A stretch of DNA of 64,000 nucleotides from an uncultured Planctomycetota bacterium (GTDB lineage Bacteria > Planctomycetota > Planctomycetia > Isosphaerales > Isosphaeraceae), in NCBI GenBank assembly GCA_963823665.1, contig CAWGMQ010000008.1, forward strand, positions 1,664,001 through 1,728,000, in the 5' to 3' direction. The notes below the pieces were generated by a model, which did no database searches, was not told the DNA's origin, and saw only the letters and a list, made by a program, of their open reading frames with translations. Shown here in pieces: positions 52,909-64,000 of the stretch; within the stretch, counting starts at the first letter, position 1, and each line of letters begins with the position of its first letter. The translations under genes were made by a program, and so were the position numbers.

Positions 52909-53763
52909 CTACGACCTTGGCCAGCTTGGCCGGATGACAGAGTGGCGAATGAGAAACTCGTTGACGATCTCGACGAACGCGGGCCCGTTTTCCTCAGGTG
53001 CACGATGTTTGGCACCAGGGACCTTGCGAGCGACGCAGTTGGCGAGATGCTCGGCAAGGTAGTCCGACGTCGCGAGGAACGGAGAATGCTCGCCGAAGAT
53101 GGCGAGCACCGGCTGTTTGACGCTTTGAATCAGTTCTTCGGTCAAGCCGGCAGGAACCTTGGCGTCGTTGCCGCATGTCGTGTCGGCGAGCCGCAACAGT
53201 CGGTTGAAGCCAGGGAGGCCGACGGCCTGACGGAATCGCAAGAGGCGGTCGCCGTCCAGGTGAAGGACCTGGTCGAAAAACCTGCCGAGGTCGTACCAAT
53301 GTTCATCCGAGAGAGTGACTCCCGCGTCGGCGGCTTCCTGGCGAAAGTTCTGCCAGTGGCCCCAACGGCTGACGTCTTCCAGATGGCGCAGGGCGGGGAA
53401 GCAAGGGTCGGAGAGCACGAGGGCGTCGACTCGATCCGGGAAGAGCACTGCGGCGTGCATGGCGATGACGGCACCAAAGCTGTGACCGGCGAGTGCGGCG
53501 TGCTCGATTTCGAGAGCGTCCATGATCGCCAGCACATCGGCAGCCTGGTCGGAGGAGGTGTAACCGTCCTTGGAGAGGCCGCTGTAGCCGTGGCCGCGGA
53601 GGTCGAACGCCGTCACGCGGAACGAGCGGCCGAGGATTCCCATGGCCTCGCAGAGGAACCAGATCGAGAGGTCGCCGGTGACGCCGTGGATCAGGACGAC
53701 GTCAGGCCCGGTGCCTGCGCGCTGGTAGTGAAAGTCGATGCCGTTGGCGACGAGCTTGGGCAT
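52909..53763 (-). CDS. Alpha/beta-hydrolase (candidate thioesterase/acyl-release enzyme)
   Basis: VVLIHGVTG, FDLRGHGYS, nucleophile GHSFG, C-terminal His (GAKH). Confidence 0.88.
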   Translation of the reverse strand: MPKLVANGIDFHYQRAGTGPDVVLIHGVTGDLSIWFLCEAMGILGRSFRVTAFDLRGHGYSGLSKDGYTSSDQAADVLAIMDALEIEHAALAGHSFGAVIAMHAAVLFPDRVDALVLSDPCFPALRHLEDVSRWGHWQNFRQEAADAGVTLSDEHWYDLGRFFDQVLHLDGDRLLRFRQAVGLPGFNRLLRLADTTCGNDAKVPAGLTEELIQSVKQPVLAIFGEHSPFLATSDYLAEHLANCVARKVPGAKHRAPEENGPAFVEIVNEFLIRHSVIRPSWPRS

Positions 53764-53781
53764 GGTGGGTATCCGCTTCAC

Positions 53782-54061
53782 TCAAAGGTGCGATTCGAGG
53801 AATGCGACGAGCTCTCCGATCGAGAGATCGCGCTCGGTCCTGCGGCCAACCTCGGCGATCAGCTCATGAAACGGGAGCGTGCGACCGTAGTGTTTCTGCA
53901 GGGTTTCGGTGAGGACGACGGCGTCGATCGAGGCGAGCCCGAGGTCGGCGAAGAACCGGGTTTCCTCGGTCAACGTGCCGGCGAGAGGAGCCGCCGGTCT
54001 GCTCGGAGAGGATCGCGGTGATGTCGTCCAGGATTTCGGGTCGGGATGGGACAGAAGTCAC
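53782..54061 (-). CDS. Stand-alone acyl carrier protein, apparent frameshift near 53975
   Basis: AAGGAG RBS plus GTG at 54061. ETRFFADLGLASIDAVVL (phosphopantetheine Ser) and DLSIGELVAFL. Confidence 0.8.
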
Positions 54062-57000
54062 GAGTCTGCTCCTTCGCAGATGCCAGGGTCCAGGCCCAGA
54101 CGTAGTCGCCTCGACGCTGGGTACGACACACAGGGACATGAACGGCTGGACGTCGAGCGGACGATCGGCATGTGCTGCGACGCTTAATTGCACAATGCCC
54201 GATGACTCGTCGACGTGGGTGATCTCGACAGTTGCACGGCCCGGGGCCGAACGCCATTGCCTGGTCGGCGGCTCCCTCGCGCAGCGAAAACCGCGCGATC
54301 CATTCGGGCCGGTCTGCGGCAGGCGATGCGGGAGAGGATTTGCGTTCGACAGCCGCGATTGAGGGATGCGGCTTCGAGCGAGTCGAGGCTTGTCAGCGAT
54401 CGACCGGACGGCGATTCCCACTCGGGCGTGGGGATTGGCGTGCGCGATGGCGACGGCGACGCCTTCTGAGCAGGCGATCGAGACGGCGGCGACGGGAACT
54501 TCGGGATTCGCGAGCGAGACGAGCTTGGTCGGGCCGTGCGGGTCAGACGCGACGGCCAGATCGGCCGGGTAGACGGGAGGGTTTCCGGCCTCGAGCCAGA
54601 GACGTCGGGCTGCTTCCTTGGCGGCGATTCTGCCCCAGAGCTCGTGGGATGCGCTGTCGCTCGTTCGTCACAGAAGCAAGAATCGCGGCTCGCTCGTCCG
54701 GGCCGAGCTGGATCTGCTCGAGCACGTCGCGCCAGACCGGCCGGCCCATGTCGGCGGGGGGCTCGAGCCAGATCGCCTTGACGGGCTTGACCGGTGTGCT
54801 CTCTGGGCCCGTCGAGCGGGAGTTCTTCGCCGAGCAAGAAGTCTCGAGGCTGGCGCATGACGTCGCGATAACGGCCGGCCAGTGGAAGCGCCAGTCTTCC
54901 CAGTCGCGGATGCGCATCCAGACTGATCCATCCGGGCGAAGGATTTCTGATTCGACGCGGAGGCGGTGGCGCTCGATCTCGGTGACGGCGATGCGGCAAG
55001 CCACTTCGGTGCCTTCCTCGGGCCGGTCGCCAAAGATCTCGAGCTCATCCATCGAAAGCGGGAAGACGACGTCGCCCTCGCTCAGATAATCCAGTCCCCA
55101 GCAACCGAGGAGATGCGTGAAGTTATCAACGACGATGAAATCGGTGTGGAACAGGGGAAGCTCGCCCTGCTTGACGAGAGGACCCCAGGGCAGGACACGA
55201 ATTCTTCCCTCGATTCCGTCGCCGGAGAGGTCGCCGACATGGGAAACGGCCTGGAGGGCTGGGCCGTGAAAGAGCCATTGCTCGTCATAGACGGAGTGAG
55301 CGGTGAACTTGCTGGGGCGAGGTTTTGAGAGCGACCAAGCCGACTCGAGTGGGGCATCCGGAGTGGCGACGTCGAAGATGACGATCGCCTCGAAGACCGG
55401 GCGGAGCGCTTCGGACTTGCCCAGCGCACCCCGGTTGAAGATACCGACCCAGAAGCGCTCATCGCCGCTGGAATTGGCACGGCGGCCGCGAAGCTCGAGG
55501 AAGACGGGCTCGTCTTCATAGCGCACCCATTTGTGGGCGCGGACCTGCGTCAGGCCGGTCAGCACGAGACCCGGCGTGACGGCCAGGGCGGCGGCCTGGG
55601 CGGTCATCTCGGCCATGACGGCGAAAGGCAGGACCGGAAGACCTTTCAATGACACGTCGAGCGCGGAGACCTTGCGGCCGCCCAACGTGTGGTGGTGAGC
55701 AATCGGATCGTCGTGGACGCTCGAGGACGACGAGGGTCTCGATCTCGTGGCCAGGCACGAGGCGGCGGACCTCGCCGGCCCACGGGCCGGGACGCGGGCC
55801 GGATGTGACGCGACTAGTTGCACGGGAGGCTGACACCTGGACCGGATCGCAGGTGGTTAGCCGGGCTTGCGACGGTTCCAGGTCTTCGCCGGGATCAGGA
55901 ACGCATTCGGTGAACGCGGCGGGAGAGGCTCCAAGATATGCGGATATGATCTCTTGTTGTGTTTGCAGGAATTCCTGCATCGTCTGCTGGAACCCGAGCA
56001 TTGCGTCTTCGTAGGGCGATGGAAGCTCGGGCGCTGCATCCGAGAGTTCATCGAGGAGATGCGCCACGGCAGGATGAAGCGGCGTATCCCGAAATCGCTC
56101 TTGCAGGGCATCAAAACGCGGTTCGTCGGGGGCAACGACCGCGGCGGGTTGTGGCTCTGCATCGTGGTGTCGCGACGATCCGTTGCGGGTGGGATGGTGG
56201 TTCGGGACCGGGAACAGGCCGGCGTGCGTGAGGGGCTCGTCGCCGTTGGGCTCGGGTCCCGGATCATCTGGCCGGGCGGCGCGGAGGCTGGCCAGGAGCG
56301 GCTCTGAAAGCCGCATCTCCGGAAAGCCGATTTTCAGCTCGACGGTTGCGCGAGCGGGCGGCTCGGCGGCGTTCCAATCGATTGCGCGAGGGCGCCTGCG
56401 GGCGTAAAGGTAGTCGGTATTCAAGGGAACGCCATGCGCGAAAAGCGAGGCGACCAGGTGGTTCAACTGGGCCAGACCGCTGCGGCGGGGGAGGTTGGTA
56501 GCGACGGCGAACGATGGCTTGCCGCGGAGGATGTCTTCGACGAAGCCGGCCAGGTTGCCGCGAGCGCCGACATCGACGAACAGGCGAAGGCCGTCGGAGT
56601 GCATAGTCTCGATCGTCTCGCGGAAAGCAACGGCCGTCGTCCACTGGCGTACGGCCAGGTCGCGAATCGAGGTCAGGTCGTCGGGCATCCGCCGGCTCGA
56701 CGCGCACGAATAAATCGGAACTTCTGGCGGATTGAAGGTCATCTCCGCGAAGAAATCGGCGATCGGAGCGACAACCGGCTCGAAGCTCGGGGTGTGATAG
56801 GCGCGGGAGAAGGGCAAGTCTTCCCAGAGGATGCTCTCGGCGCGGAGGCGGGCGACGAGCCGATCGAATTCGAGCGTGGGAACGGCCAGGACGACCTGAT
56901 GGGGGCAGTTGTCCATGGCAACGGCGGTGCCGCCGGCGGCAACGGCGCGGCAGATGGCCGCGACTCGCTCTCGATCGGCGGCGACGGCGACCAGGTGAGC

Positions 57001-59169
57001 CTCGGGCAAGTCACCCGACGTCTCGAAGTTGCGAAAGATCGCACCGAGCCGAGCGAGTTTCTGCTCGAGAACGCGATCGGCGGGAAAGACACCCGCGGCG
57101 GAGAGGGCCAGCAGCTCGCCGCTGCTGTGGCCGACCACGGCGTCAGGACGCAGGCCGAGCTGGAGTCAAGAGCTGATACATGGCCCACTGGGCGTTCAAG
57201 ACGACGTTCACGGCGGTTGCCGGGGACCACAGCTTTGTCGTCGCGCTGTCCTGCGGGTGCGAAGAGATACTCGCTGGGGGGAACCTGGTCGCCCACGTCG
57301 CGGGCGAGGCGGTCGGCCGTGTCGAAGAGCCGGCGCACGACCGGGAAGTGGATGCAGAGGTCGGCCATCATGCCGGGATACTGCGAGCCCTCGCCGGGGA
57401 AGAGGAAGGCGATGCTCGAGCCGCGGGCGGTGGAGGGGCTCGTCCCAGTGATAGACGCCCCGGGCGTCGCGGATGAAACGGCAGGAAGGGTCGCTCAGTC
57501 GGGCGAGCGCCGCGGAGAGGCGATCGGAAAGCTCGGTGAGCGAGGATGCGACGATTCCCAGTCGGGTGCCGCCGCTTGCGTGTTTCTCGACGCTGTTCGC
57601 GGTGTAGGCGACGTCCTTGAGCGTGACGCGCCGGGGATGGCTGAGCCAGTCGAGGAGCTCGCGGATGCGGTCGATCAAGCCGGGACGATCGGGCGCGGAG
57701 AGCAGGATGGCTTCGGAGTCCCAGGTTCGCAGCGCGCCCGGGGCGTCGCCGTCGGCGGAGGGGGTGTGTTCCTCGAGTACGGCGTGCGCGTTGATACCGG
57801 CGAAGCCGAAGGCGTTCACGCCGGCGCGGCGGGGCGAGCGGGGCTCGCCGTGGATCCAGGGGCGCGCCGCCGGATTCAGCGTGAACGGGGCTGTCGGGGC
57901 GATCGAGCAGCGGGTGTGGCTGCTCGGCGTGCAAGGTGGGCGGAAGGACGCGATGGAAGAGGGCGCAGGGCGGTCTTGATGAGCCCGGCGATCCCGGCGG
58001 CCGGCATGGCGTGGCCGATCATGGACGAGACGGCGCCCAGGAAGCGATGGCCGTGCGCCGGTTTTGGAAACACGGCACGCAGCGCGCGGAGCTCGGCGCG
58101 ATCGGCGGCGGGAACGCCCAGGCCGTGGCCTTCGACCAAGCGCGACGGTGGCCGGATCGATACCCGGAACGACGATAGGCACGGCGGATGGCGCGGGCAT
58201 GGCCGCGGGCGCTGGGCGCGGCCAATCCCTGGCCGCGGCCGTCGCTGGCGACTCCGACACCCTGGACCGAGCGCGTAGATCCGATCGCCGTCGCGCTCGG
58301 CGTCGCGGCGGCGCTTGAGGATGACGACGCCCGCTCCCTCGCCGGGCAGCATGCCGTCGGCGGCGGCGCTAAAGGGCCGCGCCGTTCCGGAGCGAGCGAG
58401 GGCGCCCAACTGGCGGAAGACGAGCGGGAAGTCAACGTCGGCCTCGAGGTAGACGCCGCCGGCGATCGCCAGATCGGCGCGACGCGCGGAGAGCGCGCTC
58501 ATCGCGAGGTCAAGCGCCACCAGGGATGAGGCGCTCGCGGCGTCGACGACATAGGTCGCGCCGGAAAGATCGAAGCGGTGCGCGAGCCGGCCGGCGGTTG
58601 CGTTGGTAAGCTGGCCCGGGATGGTTGCGGCTTCGAACGGCGGCAGGCTCGAGCGGAGATCGTCGGCGATGGCCGCGCGCTGCTCGGAGACCATTCGGGG
58701 TGAATCGCGTGCAAGAGCGCGACGAGTCTGGGCGATCATCCGGCCGTGGGCAAGGCGAGTGAGGTTGCCGCGATTGAAGTAGTTGCCTCGCCCGATCACG
58801 ACTTCGACGCGGTGGCGAGCGAGTCGGGCCAGGTTCAAGACCGGCGTCGGCCAAGGCGGCGGTCGCGGCTTCGAGGATCAGGAACTGCTCGGGCTCACCG
58901 CCGGAGACGGTGCGCGGCATGATGCCGTGCTCGGCGGCGTCGAACGCGAGTGGTGAGTCGAGATAACCGCCGCGGCAGGTCGGAACGCGATCGCCGGCGG
59001 GAGAATCGGGGTCACAGAACGTTTGCTTGTTCCAGCGATCGGCAGGAACTTCGCGAGTGGAGTCTTTTCCGGCGAGGATATTCTCGAAGTACGCGCTCGC
59101 GTCGGAGGCACCCGCGAAGCGGCAGTCGAGGCCGATGATCGCAATTTCGGCGGGGCGTGGCCGATTCAT
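54058..59169 (-). CDS. Type I PKS/Pfa-like protein 2: KS(atypical)-AT-DH-PPTase-like; multiple apparent frameshifts
   Basis: IAIIGLDCRFAG; DAASASSL; GEGAGVVILKR; AGVNAFGFAGINAHAVLEE; FPGEGSQYPGM; GHSSGE; RAYHTP; HHTLGG..LPVLP (DH); LFHGPALQ; GRIAAKEA (PPTase). Reconstructed across frames. Confidence 0.82.
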
Positions 59170-62100
59170 GAGCCGATCTCCAGAGGCTCAGCCGCGGTCT
59201 CCAGGGCGATCGGATCTTCGAGGGTTCCCAGCTTGCCGGAGAGGATGACCTCGACGTCGCCCTTCTTTCCATAGCGCAGCTCATCGACCAGGAGCGATGG
59301 GCCATCGAAGGGAGAGATCATGCCCAGACCGCGGCGGCCCAGGTGGTTCTCGAGCTGAGAGACCATGCCGACGCCGGACCAAGGGCCCCAGATCACCGAG
59401 AGGACACGGCCGCTCGAGCGGCGATCGAGCCAGTGAGCGAGCTTGTTCAAGATCTCGTTGGCGGCTGCGTAGTCGGACTGGCCGACGTTGCCGAACCGGC
59501 CGGCGATCGACGAGAAGAGCACGGTGAACTTGAGGGCGTCCGGGCGCGTGAGGCGAATCAGGTTGAGGGCGCCGTAGAGCTTGGTCTCGAGAACGCGATC
59601 GAACGACTCGATCGTTTTTTGACGGATGAGCTTGTCCTTGATAAGACCCGCGCCGTGGATCAGGCCGACGGGTTCTCCGAAGCGGCCGCGCCACTGGTCG
59701 AGAACGCGAGAGAGGGCGGCGGGATCGCGCACGTCGGCCTGAGCGTAGGCGACGGTCGATCCGGCATTCCGCAAGATCTCGAGATTCTCGCGGACTTCAC
59801 GAGCGCGGATGAGCGACTGATAGCTCGACTCGATCTGAGCGGGGCTTGCGCGGTGCCCGTCGTGGCGAAGCCGCGCATGCAAGGGCGGCCTTGATTTCGG
59901 CCTCGACGTCAAGCCGGCGGTGTCAGCCGTTTCGTCGTCGCCGGGCAGGGGGGTTGTTCCGACCATGAGCAGGGTCGCTCGCCAGGTGCGTGCCAGCTCG
60001 GCGGCGACGAGAGCGGTGATGCCGCGCGCACCACCGGAGATGAGCACGGGGTCGCCGGGTTTCAGGTCGAGATGTGGGCTGCACGTGGAGGAGCGGGCGT
60101 GATGACGGAACGAAGGCGGATGCGGCGATCGCCCTCGTAACCGACCTCGGGGTAGCCGTCGCTCACGAAGATCTCGTCGGCCAGTTGAGAGGCGATGGTT
60201 TCGCTGGCCGCGTCGGGAGAGAAGTCGACCACGCGACAACGAATCGACGGCCACTCTCGCGCCAGTGTCTTGACCAGACCGGCCACGCCGCCGGAGCCGG
60301 GAAAGAAGTCGCGAACAGCGGAGCCAGTCGAGGCAAACCGGCCACCCAAGCCGGTGGCGGCGATCAGGCATGAGCCACCGGCTCGTGCAGCGGATTCGAG
60401 ATCAGCGGCGACGGCCTTGGCCAGAAGGAAGAGCCCTCTGACCTCGGTGCCCAAGCGTCCGGCCCAATCGGGATCAGAGCTCTTAGCCCTGGCGGTTGCG
60501 ACCCAGCGGCAGCGTGTGGACGATGCCGGCGATCGGGCCCTGCGAACGCAGGCGTTCGACGACCGAATCGACAGCCGAAGGAGAGGTCCAATCGACCGGC
60601 TGGTCCGGACCGCCCAACCGGTGTACCGCGATATCGGCGGCCTCCAGGAGCGAAGCCAGCTCCGAGCCGCCGCACCCGAGCCGATCGTCGGTGATGATGA
60701 CCCGACCGCCGGGCATCAGGCCGAGACGTTCGACGGGCAGGCGGGGAATCAACCGGCTCGAGAAGCCGGCGCTGGGTGAGCTCGTGCGGCTTGCCGTTTC
60801 CACTGGATGAGCGGCTCACGGGTAGCGGCGAAGGCGGCGGAGCGAGACACGACTGTCAGACGTTCCGTTCATCGTCTCGGCAAGGGCGGCCATCCGGTCG
60901 ACGATCACGCCGAGGGTGCGTGCACGGGCGAGCGCGTCCATCGCCTCGGCGGAATCAGACAAAGCCTTGAGCGTCGGGAATTCGTCGCGCATCTTGCCGA
61001 GGATCTCGACTCGCTTGATGGAATCGATTCCCAGATCGGCTTCCATATCGAGGTCGAGCCCCAAGGTCTCGATGGGATAGCCGGTGCGATCGCGAACGGT
61101 CTCGAGCAGACGCGCGGTGATCGTGTCTCGGCCCAGCTCGGCGACGGCGGCGGCCGGGGTGTGGGCGCGAGCGGTTTGCCGTTAGACGCTGCGTGCAAGC
61201 GCTCGGAGGCGCGAGGTGCGCACAGACTTCGAGCGGAAGTCTGGCTGATCGCTCTCATGCACCGGCTCGTTCGGATCTGGTTCCGGCGCGAGTGGAGGTT
61301 TGCGCCGGCATGACGGCGACGGGCTGCGAGTGAGTCGGGGCTCGATCGCTCGATTCCGGTTTCGAGTGAGGGGGCCGGAGGAGTAGCTGCGGCGGCACTT
61401 CGTCCCGAGAGATAGGCGAGCATCGTCGATCGCTCGACTTCCAGAAACGCCCGCATCGTCTGCTGAAAGGATTCGATGACACGATCCGCGTTCGTGGTTG
61501 GAGCGGTTTGCGGTTTCATGGTTGTCGATCTTTCCCGATCGGCGAGTCGGCCGGGGCGAAGAGAGTGACGACTTCGCACCGTCTCCGTTCACGTGATCGG
61601 TCGCAGCGACCGCGCCACGACGCGGGAAATGGGTCGCGGCCGGCGACGAGCCGGCTGCATTCGAAGGTGACTGAGCCGGGATTCTGGGGTGAGTGACCGC
61701 GAGATCGCTGCGGGCACGGCGACGGGAGAACCTGGCCCTGGCCCAGGCGGCTGATCTCAGGGTCGTTGATCGGCCGGGCGCGGCTGCCGTTGACGAGCCA
61801 GGTCGAAGCGGTGGTGGGCTCCTGGTCTTCGCGCGAGGGCAAGGTTCTGCAAGTCGAGATTGCGAGCGACGCGGTCGCGAGTGAGCCGATCGAGGCGAAG
61901 CGGAACACCGGCGACGACCAGCCTGGCCACGGTATGGAGCCAGCCTGTGAGACCGCCGGGACCGAGCCGGCTGGCCGGCGAGGGCCAGATGGGGACGGTC
62001 ACCGAGCACGGAAGCGACGAGCGGAGTGAGCATCGGAGCCGGGACCGACCTCGATGAAGACACGGGTTCCGTCCCGGTACATGGCCTCGACCATTTCGCC

Positions 62101-64000
62101 GAATCGCACGGGGCTGGCGAGATGGGCACCCAGACGGGTGGCAATCGCCGACGGGAGCGCGGGATGGGGTGCGGCGTCGAGATTGGAGTACACGGGGCGG
62201 TCGGGCGAGCAGGCAGAGCAGGCGCTCGACGGCGCGTTCAAACGGCTGACGTGCCGAGGCGACCATCGGGGTGTGGAACGCGCTCGAGACCGACAGGAGA
62301 CGGCCGGAGATTCCACGGCTCGAGGCCAGGTCGATCGCCTGGCGCACAGCTTGAGCGGGCCCGGCGATGACCGTCTGCCTGGGCCCGTTCCAGTTGGCGG
62401 CGAGGACATCGGGAACTTCACGGATCAGACGATCGACATCGGCACGCCCGGCGCGAGGGCCGCCATCGCACCGGTCTGGCCGGCGCCGGCTTCGCGCATC
62501 AAGCGGCCGCGCTCACTGGAAAGCTCGGCCAGGGCGGCCGCGTCGTAGACTCCGGCGGCGTGCAGCGCGACCAGCTCGCCGAAGCTATGGCCGCCGAGCG
62601 AAGCTCGGCTCGCAGCCGAAGCTGCGGAAGAGGCGAAGCATGGCCAGGCAGGCCGCGCCCATGGCCGGCTGAGCGACGTCGGTTTCCGTCAAGAGGCGGG
62701 ATGCGTCTTCGCGGTCGGCGTCTGCGAACGTCGCGGGTGGAAAAACGAGCGGGCCGACGGGCGAACGGCCCGCGGCCGCGAGGGCGCGGTCGAATTCGTC
62801 GAAGGCCTGGCGAACTTCGGGGAAGACGACGGCCAGTTCGCGGAGCATACCGGGCGACTGGGCGCCCTGGCCGGGGAAGAGAAAGGCCACCGGCGCGCCG
62901 GACCAGGGCGCCCTGGCCTCGAAGAATACGTCGCGGGGATCTCTCAAGCCTGGGCTTGCCCGAGGAGACGGCTGCTCTGGCGAGCCTCAGTTTCTCGCGC
63001 AGGTCGTCATGCGAAGTGGCGACGATCGCGAGGCGGGAGTCGGCGGCGGACGCGGGCCGGGCCGCGCGGTATTCCCAGGCGCGAAAGAGTGCGTGCGAGA
63101 GGTCACAGAGATGGGGCCGCGCGCCGGCTGCAAAGGCGGTCTCGAGGTCGTCGAGCCTGCGTCGGCGAGCCGGGCCGAGGATTCGGCCCGCCAGAGGAAA
63201 AGCTCGACCGGCCAATCGCGGAAGCCGACAGATGGACCGGACGCGACGTTATTGTCGTAGGCCTCGAGCACAGCGTGGAAGTTGGTGCCGCCGAAGCCGA
63301 ACGCACTGACGCCGGCGCGGCGGGGCTGGTCTGGCTCGAGCGTGGAGCCAGGGCGAGCCTCGGTGCAGAGGCGGAACGGGCCGTCGCGGAGGTCGAGATT
63401 TGGGTTGGGCGTTTCGATGCCGATGGTCGGCGGCAACACCTTGTGGAAGAGCGTGAGGGATGCATTGATAAGCCCGGCAAGGCCGGCGGCGCATTTGGTG
63501 TGACCGATGGACGACTTGACGGAGCCCACGACGCAATCACCAGGGGATGCGCCGGCATTCTTGAAGAGCTGCCCGAGGGCCTCGATCTCGACGACGTCGC
63601 CCAATGCGGTGCCGGTGCCATGCGCCTCGACGTAGCCGACGGTGCTGGGGGAGATACCGGCCTTGTTGTAGGCGCGCTCGAGGGCGCGCATCTGGCCTTC
63701 GACTACGGGGGCGGTGAGCCCGCGGGCGCGGCCGTCGCTTGAGGCGCCGACGCCCTTGATCACGGCATAGATGCGATCGCCGTCGCGCTCGGCGTCAGCC
63801 AGCCGTTTGAGAACAAGCGCGGCGACTCCCTCGCTGATGACAATGCCATCGGCACTTGAGTCGAACGGCCGGCAGCGGCCGCGCGGCGAGAATGCCTGGG
63901 TCTTGCTGAAGGCGAGATAGGTGAAGGGATTCTGGACTGTGTCGACACCTCCCAGGATGACCATATCGGCCGCGCCGGTTTCGAGCTCGCGGACGGCCAG
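59166..64000 (-). CDS. Type I iterative PKS/PfaA-HglE-like protein 1: KS-AT-ACP-KR, 5' end beyond window; multiple apparent frameshifts
   Basis: EAHGTGTALGD, GSVKSSIGHTKCAAG, GVSAFGFGGTNFH (KS); FPGQGAQ, GHSFGE, SAFHTP (AT); DMEADLGIDSIKRVEI (ACP); ISGGARGIT, HGAG, GNVGQSDYAAAN (KR). Confidence 0.88.

Noticed and set aside
56434..58278. 614-aa plus-strand ORF (and other long plus-strand ORFs over 48.5-64 kb)
   Set aside because: Antisense shadows of the PKS operon, which carries all recognisable motifs on the minus strand.
59166..64000. Canonical PUFA (EPA/DHA) synthase pfaA-E
   Set aside because: Only one ACP in the PfaA-like protein, no KS-CLF-FabA-type PfaC organisation in the window, and methyltransferase, hydrolase and exporter genes not typical of pfa operons.

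Overview
GC-rich bacterial DNA. The DUF1559 pseudopilin, DUF1080 proteins, ECF-sigma/Ser-Thr-kinase pairing and 'LExRQLL' N-terminal export motifs point to a planctomycete, probably Isosphaeraceae-like (inference). Contents in order: (1) 1-8087, the 3' part of an alternative complex III (actC-G) plus SCO plus caa3-type cytochrome c oxidase operon. (2) 8.1-27.3 kb, secreted hydrolase-like genes, a cobalamin riboswitch with a clear sigma70 promoter driving a small lipoprotein plus a DUF1559 pseudopilin, a TPR kinase, a cyanophycinase-like peptidase, a ceramidase-like enzyme, a redoxin, and a membrane protein behind an unidentified structured leader. (3) 27.4-48.5 kb, an accessory block: an ECF sigma and kinase divergent from a ~3,860-aa RHS/YD protein and a ~1,330-aa CAP-domain protein. 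Both carry near-identical tandem repeats and share a C-terminal Ig-like stalk and a Lys-rich terminal domain. (4) 48.5-64 kb, minus strand, a Pfa/HglE-like iterative PKS 'secondary lipid' operon: KS-AT-ACP-KR; KS*-AT-DH-PPTase*; ACP; hydrolase; SDR; two Zn-ribbon methyltransferases; MacB-type ABC exporter. Its second KS and its PPTase domain have degenerate catalytic motifs. Many genes, including core respiratory ones, are split by single-base indels, most likely long-read assembly errors. Gene boundaries were reconstructed by eye across these, and all domain calls come from motif recognition rather than database searches.
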